DNA of 63,977 nucleotides, filler included, from an uncultured Acidimicrobiia bacterium (GCA_964347285.1; 7 parts of 7 records of this genome joined end to end with filler, not necessarily neighbours in it), one strand, 5' to 3'. Counted from the whole stretch's first letter, positions 49,218 through 60,108 are shown. The notes: a model not told the origin generated them from the letters alone. Program-made: numbers and translations.

Positions 49218-50212
49218 GTGGAGCCGCCGGCGTATGCTCGGACCCATGCACACCGTCGCCCGGCGCTGATGGGTGCCGTGTTGCTGGCGGCAAGTGCGTG
49301 CAGCCGGGCGTCAGACGTCGAGGTCACCACCACTGAGACCCTGCCCCCGCCTCCTTCGACGTCCTCCGTGACCGCTACGTCTCCTGGGAACACCACAGCG
49401 AGGACTGCCCCTGATCCGTCCGGCACCTCCTTGCCCGCCGAGCCCACGCGAGCGATGCCCGGTCGGTCCATCGACCATTCGGATCGACCCCTCATATGGT
49501 TCGGGCCGCTGCCGCCGCTTCCTACCGACCCGGGCCGCCCGTTCATCGGTGCCGAGGACTTCTTCGACCTGTTCGAGCCCGATGCAGAGTGGGCCACCGC
49601 GGCCGAGCACATCGACGTGTTCCTCTGTATGGGGAGTGGGTCGGCTGGCACGCCACGGTCCCGGAGCTGCGCCGGATCGTCGAAGACCTCGACCGGCGGG
49701 GGATTGCGGTGGCCGTGGAAGGCAGCCCCCTTTCCCCGAGCGACGAATGTGGCACCGGCGTCGAGAGCTGGGGAGGAATCCCCGAGGGAAGGCGGATTGC
49801 CGCGAAGTTCGAGGCGGCCGGCGGCGTGATCGACTTCTGGGCCATTGATGCGCCCCTGGCCTATGGCCACGTGGTGACCGGCGTCGGCGCTTGTCGGTGG
49901 AGCCCGGAGCGCATTGCCGCCGAGATCGATGAGTTCACCCGGGCGATGCATGAGCACTTCCCCGGCCTGATCGTCGGCGACACCGAGCCGCTTTGGTCCG
50001 ATCGAGTGAGTCTGGATCTCTACGAGCAGTGGATAGAGACGTTTCGCCGCAGGAACGGCTACGACCTTCCGTTCTTTCCTCTCGATGTCGACTGGGGGCG
50101 CCCGGGTTGGCCGGAGGACGCCAGGAACCTCGAAGCCCACTTCCAGGAAGCGGGCATCAATTTCGGGCTGTTCGCCGTCGGGAATTGGAACGACAACTCG
50201 GACCGGGCTTGA
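49218..50212 (+). pseudogene. Lipoprotein of unknown function, frameshifted
   Basis: Lipobox AASAC...HIDVF then a frame change near 49625 to LYGEWVGWHATVPELRRIV... Confidence 0.55.
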
Positions 50213-50496
50213 GGCGGGTGGCACCAGCGGTCCTGATCGCGCTGCTGGGCGCCGCCTGCACCACCGGCGGCGGCATCGGCACCGCCACGCCTCTCTCCCC
50301 CACCGATCCCGACCAGTTCCGGGGCCTGCTGGCCGCTTCCGATGCCCCGGTGGTGGTGAACGTGTGGGCCTCGTTTCGTGGTGTCTGCCGTGCCGCTCCG
50401 AGGCGCCGCCGCTGGGAGTGGCCCACCGGCGGTTCGGCGAAGAGGTGCGCTTCGTGGGACTGAACGTGCAGGACTCCCAGTCCCAGGCGGCGGCGT
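50209..50496 (+). pseudogene. TlpA/thioredoxin-like lipoprotein, frameshifted and cut by the contig end
   Basis: PVVVNVWAS, a 5-nt insertion TCGTT at 50371-75, then WCLPCRSEAP...FVGLNVQD. Confidence 0.75.
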
Positions 50497-50596
50497 NNNN
50501 NNNNNNNNNNNNNNNNNNNNNNNNNNNNNNNNNNNNNNNNTTAATTAATTAANNNNNNNNNNNNNNNNNNNNNNNNNNNNNNNNNNNNNNNNNNNN
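50497..50596. other. Artificial contig linker
   Basis: N-TTAATTAATTAA-N. Confidence 0.98.
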
Positions 50597-52190
50597 CCGG
50601 TTCGGTGAGGCCGTAGACGTCGGGGCTGATCTCATAGGCGTTGGCCTCGAGGTCGAGGGCAGACTGCCGGGCGTCCGCCAGCTCTTCGGCGTCCAGCAGG
50701 CCGACCGACACCAGCTCGAGCTCCTCCTGGGTCTCGTCCTCACCGGCCCAGCCCACCTGCACGTTGCCGATACCCGGTGCGAAGTACTTGAGCTGCACAG
50801 CCCCCGGCTCTTCGACGTTGAACTCGTCGATGACGAGGACGTCGCTGTAGCAGTCGGCCTCGACACAGGTCTCGGCGCCCACCTCGGCCACCCGGCCCCG
50901 GTCGTTGAAACCTACCTCGGGACTCCACCCCTGTGAGTAGCTGAGGGTGCCGACCACGGGGTCGGCGAGCATCGAGATACCGGCTTTGGCGCCGTTGATA
51001 CCGGCCAGCCAGGTGGGGGCGTCGACCAGCTCGCCGTCCTCGAATTCCTCGGGATGCTCGCCCATGCGCCAGACGTTGCCGTCGTTGTCCTGGGCGAAGA
51101 ACGCCAGCTCGGCTTCGACCAGTTCGCCGTCGCTGAAGTCGAGATCCCACGACACCACGGTGTTGATCCCGTCGATGACCTTGGTGAGGTCGGTGACGGT
51201 GATGATCACTTGATGGTCCAACAGCTCATTGTCTTCGTTGGTGATTCCTTCGAACACCAGTTGGGTGCCGGGGATCAGCGGCAGGTACGGGTTGTCGATC
51301 TGGGTAGGGTTGTCGAAATTGTCGTAGTCGAACGCACAACTCGGCCCGTCCAGGCTCGAGCACAGCGAGGACGCTGCTGCGGCCGGGGGCGCCTGCGTGG
51401 CCACCGCCGGTTCGGTGAGGCCGTAGACGTCGGGGCTGATCTCATAGGCGTTGGCCTCGAGCTCGAGGGCGGCCGCCCTGACATCGATGAGCGCGCCCGG
51501 GTCGAGCCGCTCGAACCACACCAGCTCGAGTTCCTCCTGGGTCTCGTCCTCGCCGGCCCAGCCCACCTGCACGTTGCCGATATCCGGTGCGAAGTACTTG
51601 AGCTGGCGGGCGTTGGGCTCATCGACGTTGAACTCGTCGATGACGAGGACGTCGCTGTAGCAGTCGGCCTCGACGCAGGTCTCGGCGCCCACCTCGGCCA
51701 CTTGGCCCCGGTCGTTGAACTCGACCTCGGTGGACCATCCCTGGGAGTAGCTGAGGGTGCCGACCACGGGGTCGGCGAGCATCGAGATACCGGCTTTGGC
51801 GCCGTTGATACCGGCCAGCCAGGTGGGGGCGTCGACCAGCTCGCCGTCCTCGAATTCCTCGGGATGCTCGCCCATGCGCCAGACGTTGCCGTCGTTGTCC
51901 TGGGCGAAGAACGCCAGCTCGGCTTCGACCAGTTCGCCGTCGCTGAAGTCGAGATCCCACGACACCACGGTGTTGATCCCGTCGATGACCTTGGTGAGGT
52001 CGGTGACGGTGATGATCACTTGATGGTCCAACAGCTCATTGTCTTCGTTGGTGATTCCTTCGAACACCAGTTGGGTGCCGGGGATCAGCGGCAGGTACGG
52101 GTTGTCGATCTGGGTGGGGTTGTCGAAGTTGTCGTAGTCGAACGCACAACTCGGCCCGTCGGCCAGGCTGCACAGCGACGATGCGGCGGC
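50597..52190. repeat. 810-bp intragenic tandem duplication
   Basis: Sequence at 50597 recurs at 51407; long identical stretches with a few variable patches. Confidence 0.92.
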
Positions 52191-52325
52191 CGACGGTGGC
52201 TCGGGCGCTGCGATCGTGGTGGCAAGCGTGGGCAGCGTGGTCGTTTCCCCCTCGGAGCTGGTTCCGCACGCCGAGAGCACCAGCAAGCAGGCACCCACAA
52301 TGGCCCCGGTTTCGAGACGCCGCAT
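50597..52325 (-). CDS. Acidic lipoprotein with tandem 270-aa domains (partial)
   Basis: Lipobox VLSAC; two near-identical units NPTQIDNPYLPL...AQDNDGNVWRMGE...VYGLTEP. Confidence 0.85.
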
Positions 52326-52379
52326 ATCACCTACCTTCTCTTGTCGGGGCCGGAGTCGCCGGCCGCCTGCGTGCATCTG

Positions 52380-55300
52380 TCAGTTCGTGGCTTCGGCCGT
52401 GACCGGCTTCCATCGCCTGGGCTTGGCAAAGCGGAGATAGAGGCTCGGCACCACGAGCAGGTTGAGCAGCGTGGCCGTCGCCAGGCCGCCCAGGATCACG
52501 ATGGCCATCGGGTACTCGATCTCCTGACCGGGGATCTCGCCGCCGATCACCAGGGGGACCAGCGCCAGCCCGGTGGTGAGCACGGTCATCGAGATCGGGA
52601 CGAGCCGCTCCTGGGCTCCCCGCAGCACCAGTTCCTTTCCGAAGGCCATGCCCTCCTCGCGTTCGAGGTGCTGGAAGTGGCTGATCATCATGATGCCGTT
52701 GCGGGCCACGATCCCCAGGACCGTGAAGAAGCCCACCAGCGATCCGAGCGACAACTCGCCGCCGGAGACGGAGGCGGCGAGCACGCCGCCCACCAGGGCG
52801 ATCGGCAAAGTGAGAAACGCCAGCACGGCCAGGCGGGGGCTGTTGAACGAGGCGAGCAGCAGCAGGAGAACACCGATGGCGGCCACGACGGCGAACGTCC
52901 ACAGGCGTCCCGTCGCCGCCTGGCGCTCGGTGAACTCGCCCAGCAGCTCGGCGCGGAACCCGGCCGGCCATTCGATCTCCTCCAGCCGTTCCTCGAGCTC
53001 CGCCACCACCGACCCGAGGTCGCGGGTGCCGTCGAGGTTGGCCCCCACGTCCAGAGCCCGGAACGTGTCCTGGTGCTTGATCTGGTTCGGCACCGGGACC
53101 ACGTCGACGTTGGCGACGTCGGTGAGGTGTACGAACTCGCCGCTCGGCGTGTCGATCAGCAGGTTCTGGACGTCGGTGAGGCTGGTCCGGGTGGCGGGCG
53201 TGCTCCAGACCTGGACGTCGTAGGCCTTGCCGTCGCGGAACAGGTCTCCGGCCTCTTCGCCGGCGATCAAGCGCGCCGACGCCCGCCTGACATCCCCCGG
53301 CTTGATCCCGTAGCGCTTGGCAGCCTCCAGGTCGACCTCGACCTTGATCTGGGGAATGTCCAGCTGGAACTCGACGTGGTTTTCCTTTGTTCCCGGGATC
53401 GACCCGAGGATCTCGTTGACCTCTTCGGCCTTCTGCCGGAGGAGCTGGAGATCCGAACCGAACACCCGGACGGTGATCGGTTCGCTCGATCCGGTGAGCA
53501 CCTCGCGGATCCGTTCCTTCAGGTAGGTCTGCACGTCGCGGTACAGCCCGGGGTAGCCGTCGACGGTCTCCTGGATGGCGGCCAGCGTGGTGTTGTAGTC
53601 GACCGCAGGGTCGACGCTGACCCAGTTCTCCCCGAAGTCGATGCCCACGACCTCGTCCATGAGCAGTGCCTGTCCGATATGCGATCCGGCGTTGCGGACG
53701 CCGGGGATGGTGAGCAGCTCGCGATTCACTTCCTCGGTGATCCGGACCATCTCGACCTCACCGGTGCCGGGCCGCGTCAACCAGTGCATCAAGAAGTCTC
53801 GCTCTTTGAAGTCCGGCAGCAGCGACTGGCCCAAGAACGGTACGAGGACGACCCCGATGAGGCTCACCGCTCCGACGGTTGCGTAGGCGCCCCGGGGCCG
53901 GTTGACGATCGGCTTGAGAAGCTTGAGGTAGAGCCGCTTGTACGGCGGCACCATCGGCGACTCGCGATGCATGAGGGTGCGGGGGTTCTTGAAGAAGACC
54001 ATGCTCAACGCCGGCGTTACGGTCAGTGCAACGAGCAGAGACGCCCCCAGCGCCAGCGCATACGAGGTCGCCAGCGGACGGAAGAACGCTCCCGACAAGC
54101 CGGACAGCATGAAGATGGGCGCAATGGCGACGATCTCGATCATCGTGGCATAGACCACCGCGCTCCGGACTTCCAGCGACGCATCGAGGATGACGCGCGC
54201 CGTCGACCTGGTGCCGCCTTCGCGGCGGTGTTGTCGGAGGCGGCGCACGATGTTCTCGATGTCGATGATGGCGTCGTCGACGATGGCGCCGAGCGCGATG
54301 ACGAAGCCCGCCAGGATCATCGTGTTGATCGTGGCGTCGCGGGCATGCAGGACGAGGGCGGCGGTGACGAGTGACAGCGGAATCGCCACGACGCTGATGA
54401 GGGCCGTGCGCCATTGGTAGAGGAACAGGCTCAGCACCAGGATCATCAGGATGGCGCCGAGGAACATGGCCTTGGAGAGATTGCCGATCGCCTCTTCGAT
54501 GAACGTGGCCGGCCGGAAGAGCTCGGCATCGATGAAGAAGCCGGGCAGGGCCGGTTCGAGTTCGGCCAATGCCTCCTCGACCCCTCTGGTCACATCGAGG
54601 GTGTTGGCCCACGGGAGCTTTTCGACGATGAGCATCAAGCCGGGTCCGTCGTAGATGACCGCGTCGCCCAGGAGCGGCTGGTGGTCTCTGACGAGATCGG
54701 CGACGTCCTGGAGCTGGAGAGTCTCGCCGCTGATGGTCTGGACGGGAACCTGAGCGAGATCCTCGGGATTGACGATCGGGGGGATGTGCCTCACGCTGAG
54801 CCGTCCGCCGTCCGCTTCCACCCACCCCCCGGTACCGATGACGTGGCCCTCGGAGTATCGAAGGAGCCCGGCGTCGAGCGCATCCGAAGTGGCGCTCATC
54901 ACGTTTTCGATGGGCACGCCTTGCTCCTGCAACCGGGCGGGATCCACCTGCACCTGGAGCATCTCGAGGCGTTCGCCCCAGATGGGAACATTGGCCACAC
55001 CGGGAACCCGGAGCAGCCGTGCCCGGATCTTCCAGTAGGCGACCATCGACATGTCCATGAGGTCGATCTCGGGATCTTCCGACACCAGCCCGATCTTCAG
55101 GACCCGGCTCGTCGACGACAGCGGTTGGATCATGAACGGTGGGCTCGACCAGGTCGGCAGCGTCGGTGCCACGATGGCGATGCGCTCGCCCACCAGCTGG
55201 CGGGCCGTCAGCAGGTCGGTGCCTCGGTCGAAGAGCAGCAGGATCGATGACAACCCCTCGACGGTCGTAGAGCGCATCTCGTCCAGTCCGGGCACTCCCG

Positions 55301-55520
55301 CCAGGCTCTGTTCGAGGGGGATGGTCACCAGGTTCTCGACCTCGATGGCCGACAGTCCCAGCGACGGCGTTTGGATTTCGACGCGCGGCGGGGCGAATTC
55401 GGGGAACACGTCTACCGACGCGTGCCGGATCTGCTGAACGCCGAAGAACATCAGCCCGCCGGCCAACGCGATCACCAGGAACCGGTATCTGAGGCTCGAG
55501 CCGACGATCCACTTCAGCAT
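52380..55520 (-). CDS. CusA/CzcA-family RND permease
   Basis: DVFPEFAPP, GAIVDDAIIDIEN, GAFFRPLA, ARNGIM, ERLVPISMT. Confidence 0.92.
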   Translation of the reverse strand: MLKWIVGSSLRYRFLVIALAGGLMFFGVQQIRHASVDVFPEFAPPRVEIQTPSLGLSAIEVENLVTIPLEQSLAGVPGLDEMRSTTVEGLSSILLLFDRGTDLLTARQLVGERIAIVAPTLPTWSSPPFMIQPLSSTSRVLKIGLVSEDPEIDLMDMSMVAYWKIRARLLRVPGVANVPIWGERLEMLQVQVDPARLQEQGVPIENVMSATSDALDAGLLRYSEGHVIGTGGWVEADGGRLSVRHIPPIVNPEDLAQVPVQTISGETLQLQDVADLVRDHQPLLGDAVIYDGPGLMLIVEKLPWANTLDVTRGVEEALAELEPALPGFFIDAELFRPATFIEEAIGNLSKAMFLGAILMILVLSLFLYQWRTALISVVAIPLSLVTAALVLHARDATINTMILAGFVIALGAIVDDAIIDIENIVRRLRQHRREGGTRSTARVILDASLEVRSAVVYATMIEIVAIAPIFMLSGLSGAFFRPLATSYALALGASLLVALTVTPALSMVFFKNPRTLMHRESPMVPPYKRLYLKLLKPIVNRPRGAYATVGAVSLIGVVLVPFLGQSLLPDFKERDFLMHWLTRPGTGEVEMVRITEEVNRELLTIPGVRNAGSHIGQALLMDEVVGIDFGENWVSVDPAVDYNTTLAAIQETVDGYPGLYRDVQTYLKERIREVLTGSSEPITVRVFGSDLQLLRQKAEEVNEILGSIPGTKENHVEFQLDIPQIKVEVDLEAAKRYGIKPGDVRRASARLIAGEEAGDLFRDGKAYDVQVWSTPATRTSLTDVQNLLIDTPSGEFVHLTDVANVDVVPVPNQIKHQDTFRALDVGANLDGTRDLGSVVAELEERLEEIEWPAGFRAELLGEFTERQAATGRLWTFAVVAAIGVLLLLLASFNSPRLAVLAFLTLPIALVGGVLAASVSGGELSLGSLVGFFTVLGIVARNGIMMISHFQHLEREEGMAFGKELVLRGAQERLVPISMTVLTTGLALVPLVIGGEIPGQEIEYPMAIVILGGLATATLLNLLVVPSLYLRFAKPRRWKPVTAEATN

Positions 55521-55529
55521 GGCAACCCC

Positions 55530-55958
55530 CTACTTCCCGATCCCGAACTCGGCGCCGTACAGCTCCGGTACGCCGGTGATCACCACCCGCGTTCCCACCG
55601 GCGGGCCCTCCTCGAAGAATGCTTGCTGGTCCTTCTCGATGACCGGTCGAATCTCGTGGCGCACGAACACGAGCGGCTCGGGGTTCGTATACACCCAATA
55701 GGTGCCGGTGGGGTCGATGATCACCGCCGCACTGGTCACGACCAGTCCGTTGTCGGCCTGTTCGACGGTCGCGGTCTGGATGTCGAGCCGTTCGGCCGCC
55801 GATGGGCTCAGGGTGAGCCGCGCCAGATCGCTGCCGTCGATCTTTTCGACCACGACCGGCGGCCTCTCGCTGGACTCGGCGGGACCGCCGCACGCGGCAA
55901 GGGTGGCCGCCAGGACGGCGACCGCGGTCATGACGGCACGGTTAGGTGGTCGCCCCAT
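55530..55958 (-). CDS. Short RND adaptor-like lipoprotein
   Basis: Lipobox TLAAC; AAERLDIQT and VTSAAVIIDPTGTYWVY...GTRVVITG resemble MFP termini without the hairpin/lipoyl domains. Confidence 0.7.
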   Translation of the reverse strand: MGRPPNRAVMTAVAVLAATLAACGGPAESSERPPVVVEKIDGSDLARLTLSPSAAERLDIQTATVEQADNGLVVTSAAVIIDPTGTYWVYTNPEPLVFVRHEIRPVIEKDQQAFFEEGPPVGTRVVITGVPELYGAEFGIGK

Positions 55959-55961
55959 CCA

Positions 55962-58900
55962 TCATCCTCCAGTAGCCACCGGCTCGTGACGTGCAAATAG
56001 GTCGTCGGCAGACGTATCCAGGTCCGCCACCCGGCCCCACCGCAGGTACACCGACGGGACCACGACCGTCGTGAGCAGCACCGTGGTGATCAGGCCGCCG
56101 AGCGTAGCCACCGCCATCGGGCCGACGATCCCGAGACCGGCCTGCGACCCGGCGAACGCCAGGGGGAGGAACACCACGGCGATGGCGATGGCCGAAATGA
56201 CCGACGGCACGACCAGGCGGGCGGTCTCGTCGACGACCAGATTCTGTCCGAAGGCTTCCCCGAGTCGTTCTCGTCGCTGGTAGCCCCTGATCAGCAGGAT
56301 GACCCAGCGGATGGCCAGGCCCAGCACGCCAACGATGCCGGCGACCGACCCGAGTTCGAGCTCTCCGCCCGTCAGCGCCACCGCGATCACGCTTCCAGAG
56401 ATGCCCATCGGCAGCGCCAGCAGCGCCAGCGTGGCCAGCCGCCAGCTGGAGAACGCCGACTGGAGGAGCAGGTAGACGAGGATCAGGGCGGCGAGGCTGG
56501 TGACGATGACCCGCGACTGCGCGGCCCGCACGTCTTCGAAGCCGCCGAGGACCTCGGCGTGGTGCTCCAGGGGGAACGCCAGCTCCTTCACGGCCGCATC
56601 GACATCGGCCGCGGCAGCACCCAGCGAGCGACCGCTCACGGCGGCGATCACGTCGAGGTAGGTGGCCGACGATTCGTGCCTGATGACCGCCGGATTCGAG
56701 GCGATCCGTACGTCGGCCACGTCGCCCAGAGGCACCAGGTCGCCACTGGGCGTCGCGATCGGCAGCGTCTGGATGTCCTCGACGGTCTCTCGGATCTCCG
56801 GTACGCCCCACACCACCGCATCGAACACCTTCTGGTCCTCGAAGAGGTTGCCGACCACGAGCCCGGACACGAGCGTCGCCGCTTGCCGGCGGATGTCGCC
56901 GGGCTTCACCCCGAAGGCCTGTGCCGTCGCCAGGTCGACCTCGATCTCGACCGTCGGCTCTTCGATGACGACGTCGATACGCGCCTCGTCGATGCCGTCG
57001 ATGCCCATCATGGTGGCCTGCACTTGGTCCGCCATCTCCCGGCGGACGGCGGGGTTCTCGCCGTAGATGCGCACCACGAGCTCGTCATCGGGTTGATCCA
57101 GGATCTCGCTGACCCGCTGTTCCGAATACGTCGTGACGCGACTCGCCACGTCGTCGTAGCCGTCGACCACCGATTCGATTCCGTCGATCGTGGCTCCGTA
57201 GTCTGCGGAAGGATCGATGGTGAGCCAGATCTCTGCAGAGTTGACGTTGACGATCTGGTCGGACATGATCGCCCGGCCGACGTGGGCGCCGACGCCGGCG
57301 ACGCCGGTCTGGGTCTGCAGCTCGCCGACCATCTGTGCGGTGATCTCATCCATCCGATCGAGGGAGGTGCCCGGCGCCGCCTGCAATTCGATCAAGAAGT
57401 CGCGTTCTTTGAGTTCCGGCCGGAATGACGGAGTCACCAACACGGCGGCGACGACACCGGCGACGATGAACACACCAAATATGGACAGTGCTCGCCCGAT
57501 CTTCGGCGCCAGGCGAGGTGCCAGTCCCCGGTACCAGCTGCGCAGTCGCACGCTGAAGGGAGGCTCCTTCACCGTTGCGTGGGCCAGCAGAAACACGCTG
57601 AGCGCGGGTCCCACCGTGAGGCTCACCACGAGCGCAGAGACGACGGCTAGCAGGAACGCCAAAGCGATCGGCTCGAGGAAGGCGCCCGCCTCCCCTTCCA
57701 TGGCGATCACCGGCAACACCACCGCCGCCACGATGAGCGCTGCGTACAGGGCGATGCTCCGCATCCGCAGAATCGAGTCGACGATGGCGGGAATCACCCG
57801 GGTACGATCGGTGCCGTTGTCGGCGGCCGCCTCACGGTCGGCCCAGGCGCCCAGGACGGCGTCGTCGATGATCACGATGAGGGCCATGATCAGCCCGGCC
57901 CAGATCATCACGTTCACCGTGAAGTCGAACACCAGGAGCACGAGGCCGGCGACCACCAGAGACGTGGCGATGGTCATCACGGCGACCAGTGCGATCCGCC
58001 AATTGAACAGAAGCGCGGCGAGAGCGAGCAGCAAGAGCACGCCGCCGATGAGGAGCGTCCCCCGCAAGTTGTCTGTGGCCGCCTCGATGAAGGCGGCCGG
58101 TCGGTAGATGGAAGAGTCGATCTCCATGCCCGGGAGTCCGAGGCTCAGTGCCTTGAGCGCTTCGTCGACGCCAGCCGCCACGGCCGGGGTGTTCGCGTCG
58201 GGGAACTTCTCGATGACGAGGAGGAGGCAGGGCCCTTCGGCACACCGGGCGTCGCCGATGAGCGGCTGGTGATCGGTCACGATCTCGGCGACTTCACCCA
58301 GCTCGAGGGGTTCGCCGGCCACGAACACGGCGCCGCCTTCGATCCCTTCGACGGTGACCTGGGCCAGCTCCTCCGGGGTCGATATCGCCTGCTCGTGGAA
58401 CACGTGCAGGCGCTGGTTGACCGTGTCGATGAAGCCGCCGGTACCCGGGAGCGAGGCCTCCAGGAAGGTCAGCGGCGACACCTCGAGCGCGTTGCCGGCG
58501 GTCGAGACCACCTGGCTGAGGGTGACGTTCTGCCGGGCGAGCTCTGCGGGGTCGACCAGCACCTGGAGCTGCTGGTCCCGGAACCCCCAGATCGCCACGT
58601 TGGCGACACCCTCGACGCCGAGCAAGCGGGGAACCATCACCCACTTGGCCAGGACCGACATCTCGATGGGGGTCAGCTCCGTCGAATCCAGCGACACCAT
58701 GGCCACCCGGCTCGTCGACGACAGCGGCTGGATCATCTGGGGCGGGTCGGCCACCTGCGGCAGCCCGGCGGCCTGGGTCAAACGCTCGGCCACGACCTGC
58801 CGGGCGTCGAGGAGGGGGGTGCCCGGTTCGAAGGTCATCACCACCGAGGACAATCCGGGCAGAGAGGCAGACTCGATTTCGTCGAGGAACGCCACCCCGT

Positions 58901-59123
58901 TGAGCAGGTCCTGTTCGAGCGGCACGGTGATCAACTGCTCGACCTCGGCCGCGGACAGACCGAGGGCTTCGGTCTGGACCTCTACGGTCGTCGGGCTGAA
59001 TTCGGGAAGGATGTCCTGCTTGACGTCGTCGAGCTGGAGGAATCCGAAGACCAGCAGCAGTGCCGCCACGGCAATGACGATGCGCCTGAACTTCACGCTC
59101 CAGTTGACCGCCCAGTAGATCAT
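55962..59123 (-). CDS. Second CusA/CzcA-family RND permease with degenerate TM motifs
   Basis: DILPEFSP, VEQLITVPLEQ, MIQPLSSTSRV shared with the paralogue; TM4 reads IIDDAVLGAW. Confidence 0.9.
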   Translation of the reverse strand: MIYWAVNWSVKFRRIVIAVAALLLVFGFLQLDDVKQDILPEFSPTTVEVQTEALGLSAAEVEQLITVPLEQDLLNGVAFLDEIESASLPGLSSVVMTFEPGTPLLDARQVVAERLTQAAGLPQVADPPQMIQPLSSTSRVAMVSLDSTELTPIEMSVLAKWVMVPRLLGVEGVANVAIWGFRDQQLQVLVDPAELARQNVTLSQVVSTAGNALEVSPLTFLEASLPGTGGFIDTVNQRLHVFHEQAISTPEELAQVTVEGIEGGAVFVAGEPLELGEVAEIVTDHQPLIGDARCAEGPCLLLVIEKFPDANTPAVAAGVDEALKALSLGLPGMEIDSSIYRPAAFIEAATDNLRGTLLIGGVLLLLALAALLFNWRIALVAVMTIATSLVVAGLVLLVFDFTVNVMIWAGLIMALIVIIDDAVLGAWADREAAADNGTDRTRVIPAIVDSILRMRSIALYAALIVAAVVLPVIAMEGEAGAFLEPIALAFLLAVVSALVVSLTVGPALSVFLLAHATVKEPPFSVRLRSWYRGLAPRLAPKIGRALSIFGVFIVAGVVAAVLVTPSFRPELKERDFLIELQAAPGTSLDRMDEITAQMVGELQTQTGVAGVGAHVGRAIMSDQIVNVNSAEIWLTIDPSADYGATIDGIESVVDGYDDVASRVTTYSEQRVSEILDQPDDELVVRIYGENPAVRREMADQVQATMMGIDGIDEARIDVVIEEPTVEIEVDLATAQAFGVKPGDIRRQAATLVSGLVVGNLFEDQKVFDAVVWGVPEIRETVEDIQTLPIATPSGDLVPLGDVADVRIASNPAVIRHESSATYLDVIAAVSGRSLGAAAADVDAAVKELAFPLEHHAEVLGGFEDVRAAQSRVIVTSLAALILVYLLLQSAFSSWRLATLALLALPMGISGSVIAVALTGGELELGSVAGIVGVLGLAIRWVILLIRGYQRRERLGEAFGQNLVVDETARLVVPSVISAIAIAVVFLPLAFAGSQAGLGIVGPMAVATLGGLITTVLLTTVVVPSVYLRWGRVADLDTSADDLFARHEPVATGG

Positions 59124-59613
59124 CCGGGAATCCCTCCTTGTGTCGCGACACGTCCCGTCGCCGGGGTCTCGCCTACGTCATTTCGTTCCCTCGTGTCCGC
59201 TCCCGCGAAGCGGTCGCTGCAGAGGTCTTGCTCCACCAGAACCGCGGTAGGGCGCCTCACCGTCGAATTCCCTCCCCAGTCTGCCGAAGCGGGGACCCGA
59301 GCCCCGGCCGGCTTGAGGGTCTGCGGACAGGGGAGTCGGCTTCGGGAGTCCAGTCGCCGAGGGGTGTCTTCGGCTTGGACCTCGTAGGGACGGTGGCGAG
59401 GACTCGGGGAGGACGCCCGTTGGGCGAGTGGCGGAGCTGGAAACCAACATCTGTCGGCGGTTCCCGCTGCTACCCTACGCATCCTTCCCGGACCCTTCCC
59501 GTATCGTTCTACGATCGAGCTAGGTGCTCGACAACCTTCTCACCCGTGTCATCCTTTGACCCTGGCCGGGAAGCGTCACTGATTGGCCACTTCCCTACCG
59601 TTCGAGTCGCCCC

Positions 59614-59713
59614 NNNNNNNNNNNNNNNNNNNNNNNNNNNNNNNNNNNNNNNNNNNNTTAATTAATTAANNNNNNNNNNNNNNNNNNNNNNNNNNNNNNN
59701 NNNNNNNNNNNNN
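59614..59713. other. Artificial contig linker
   Basis: N-TTAATTAATTAA-N. Confidence 0.98.
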
Positions 59714-60036
59714 GCCGCCGACGTGGGCACCGCCACCTGCGGGCCGTCGCTCCAATCGTTGGTGACATCGATCACGATCTTTCCGGCCAGGTCTCCGGCC
59801 ACCTGCAGCACCCCGGGTAGTGCCGAGTAGGGGACCGCCAAGACGACTACCTCTCCCGCTGCAGCCGCTTCGGCAATGCTGCTCGCCGAGGCATTGGGAC
59901 CGGCGGCGGCCACCTGTTTCTGGACCTGGTTGCCGTCGGGTCGACGCACACCGACGATGACCTCGTGGCCTCGTTCCGCCAGTGCCCTGCCCAGACCGCC
60001 GCCGACGTTCCCGGCCCCCAAGACGGTGATCTTCAT
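59714..60036 (-). CDS. NADP oxidoreductase, F420-dependent family (partial)
   Basis: MKITVLGAGNVGGGL, VVVLAVPY, GKIVIDVTN. Confidence 0.85.
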
Positions 60037-60108
60037 CCCGCCCTTCGGCGTGTCACGCTGGCCGCCCAGCGATTCCGGGCCTGATCGCCTCGATGCCAGA
60101 CTGACCCG

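Noticed and set aside
50210..50212. TGA ending the 49218 lipoprotein as a third Sec codon
   Set aside because: No Cys-motif context, another stop follows within a few codons, and it overlaps the TlpA start.
51054..54374. 1106-aa plus-strand ORF and other long antisense ORFs (32973-35618, 8272-10008, 14633-16501)
   Set aside because: Shadow frames of well-supported genes on the opposite strand, expected at high GC; no motifs.
10760..59713. TTAATTAATTAA flanked by N recurring about every 10 kb
   Set aside because: Artificial linker; the complete contigs fall in descending length (10433, 9869, 9538, 9497, 9017), so neither the periodicity nor cross-linker neighbourhoods are biological.
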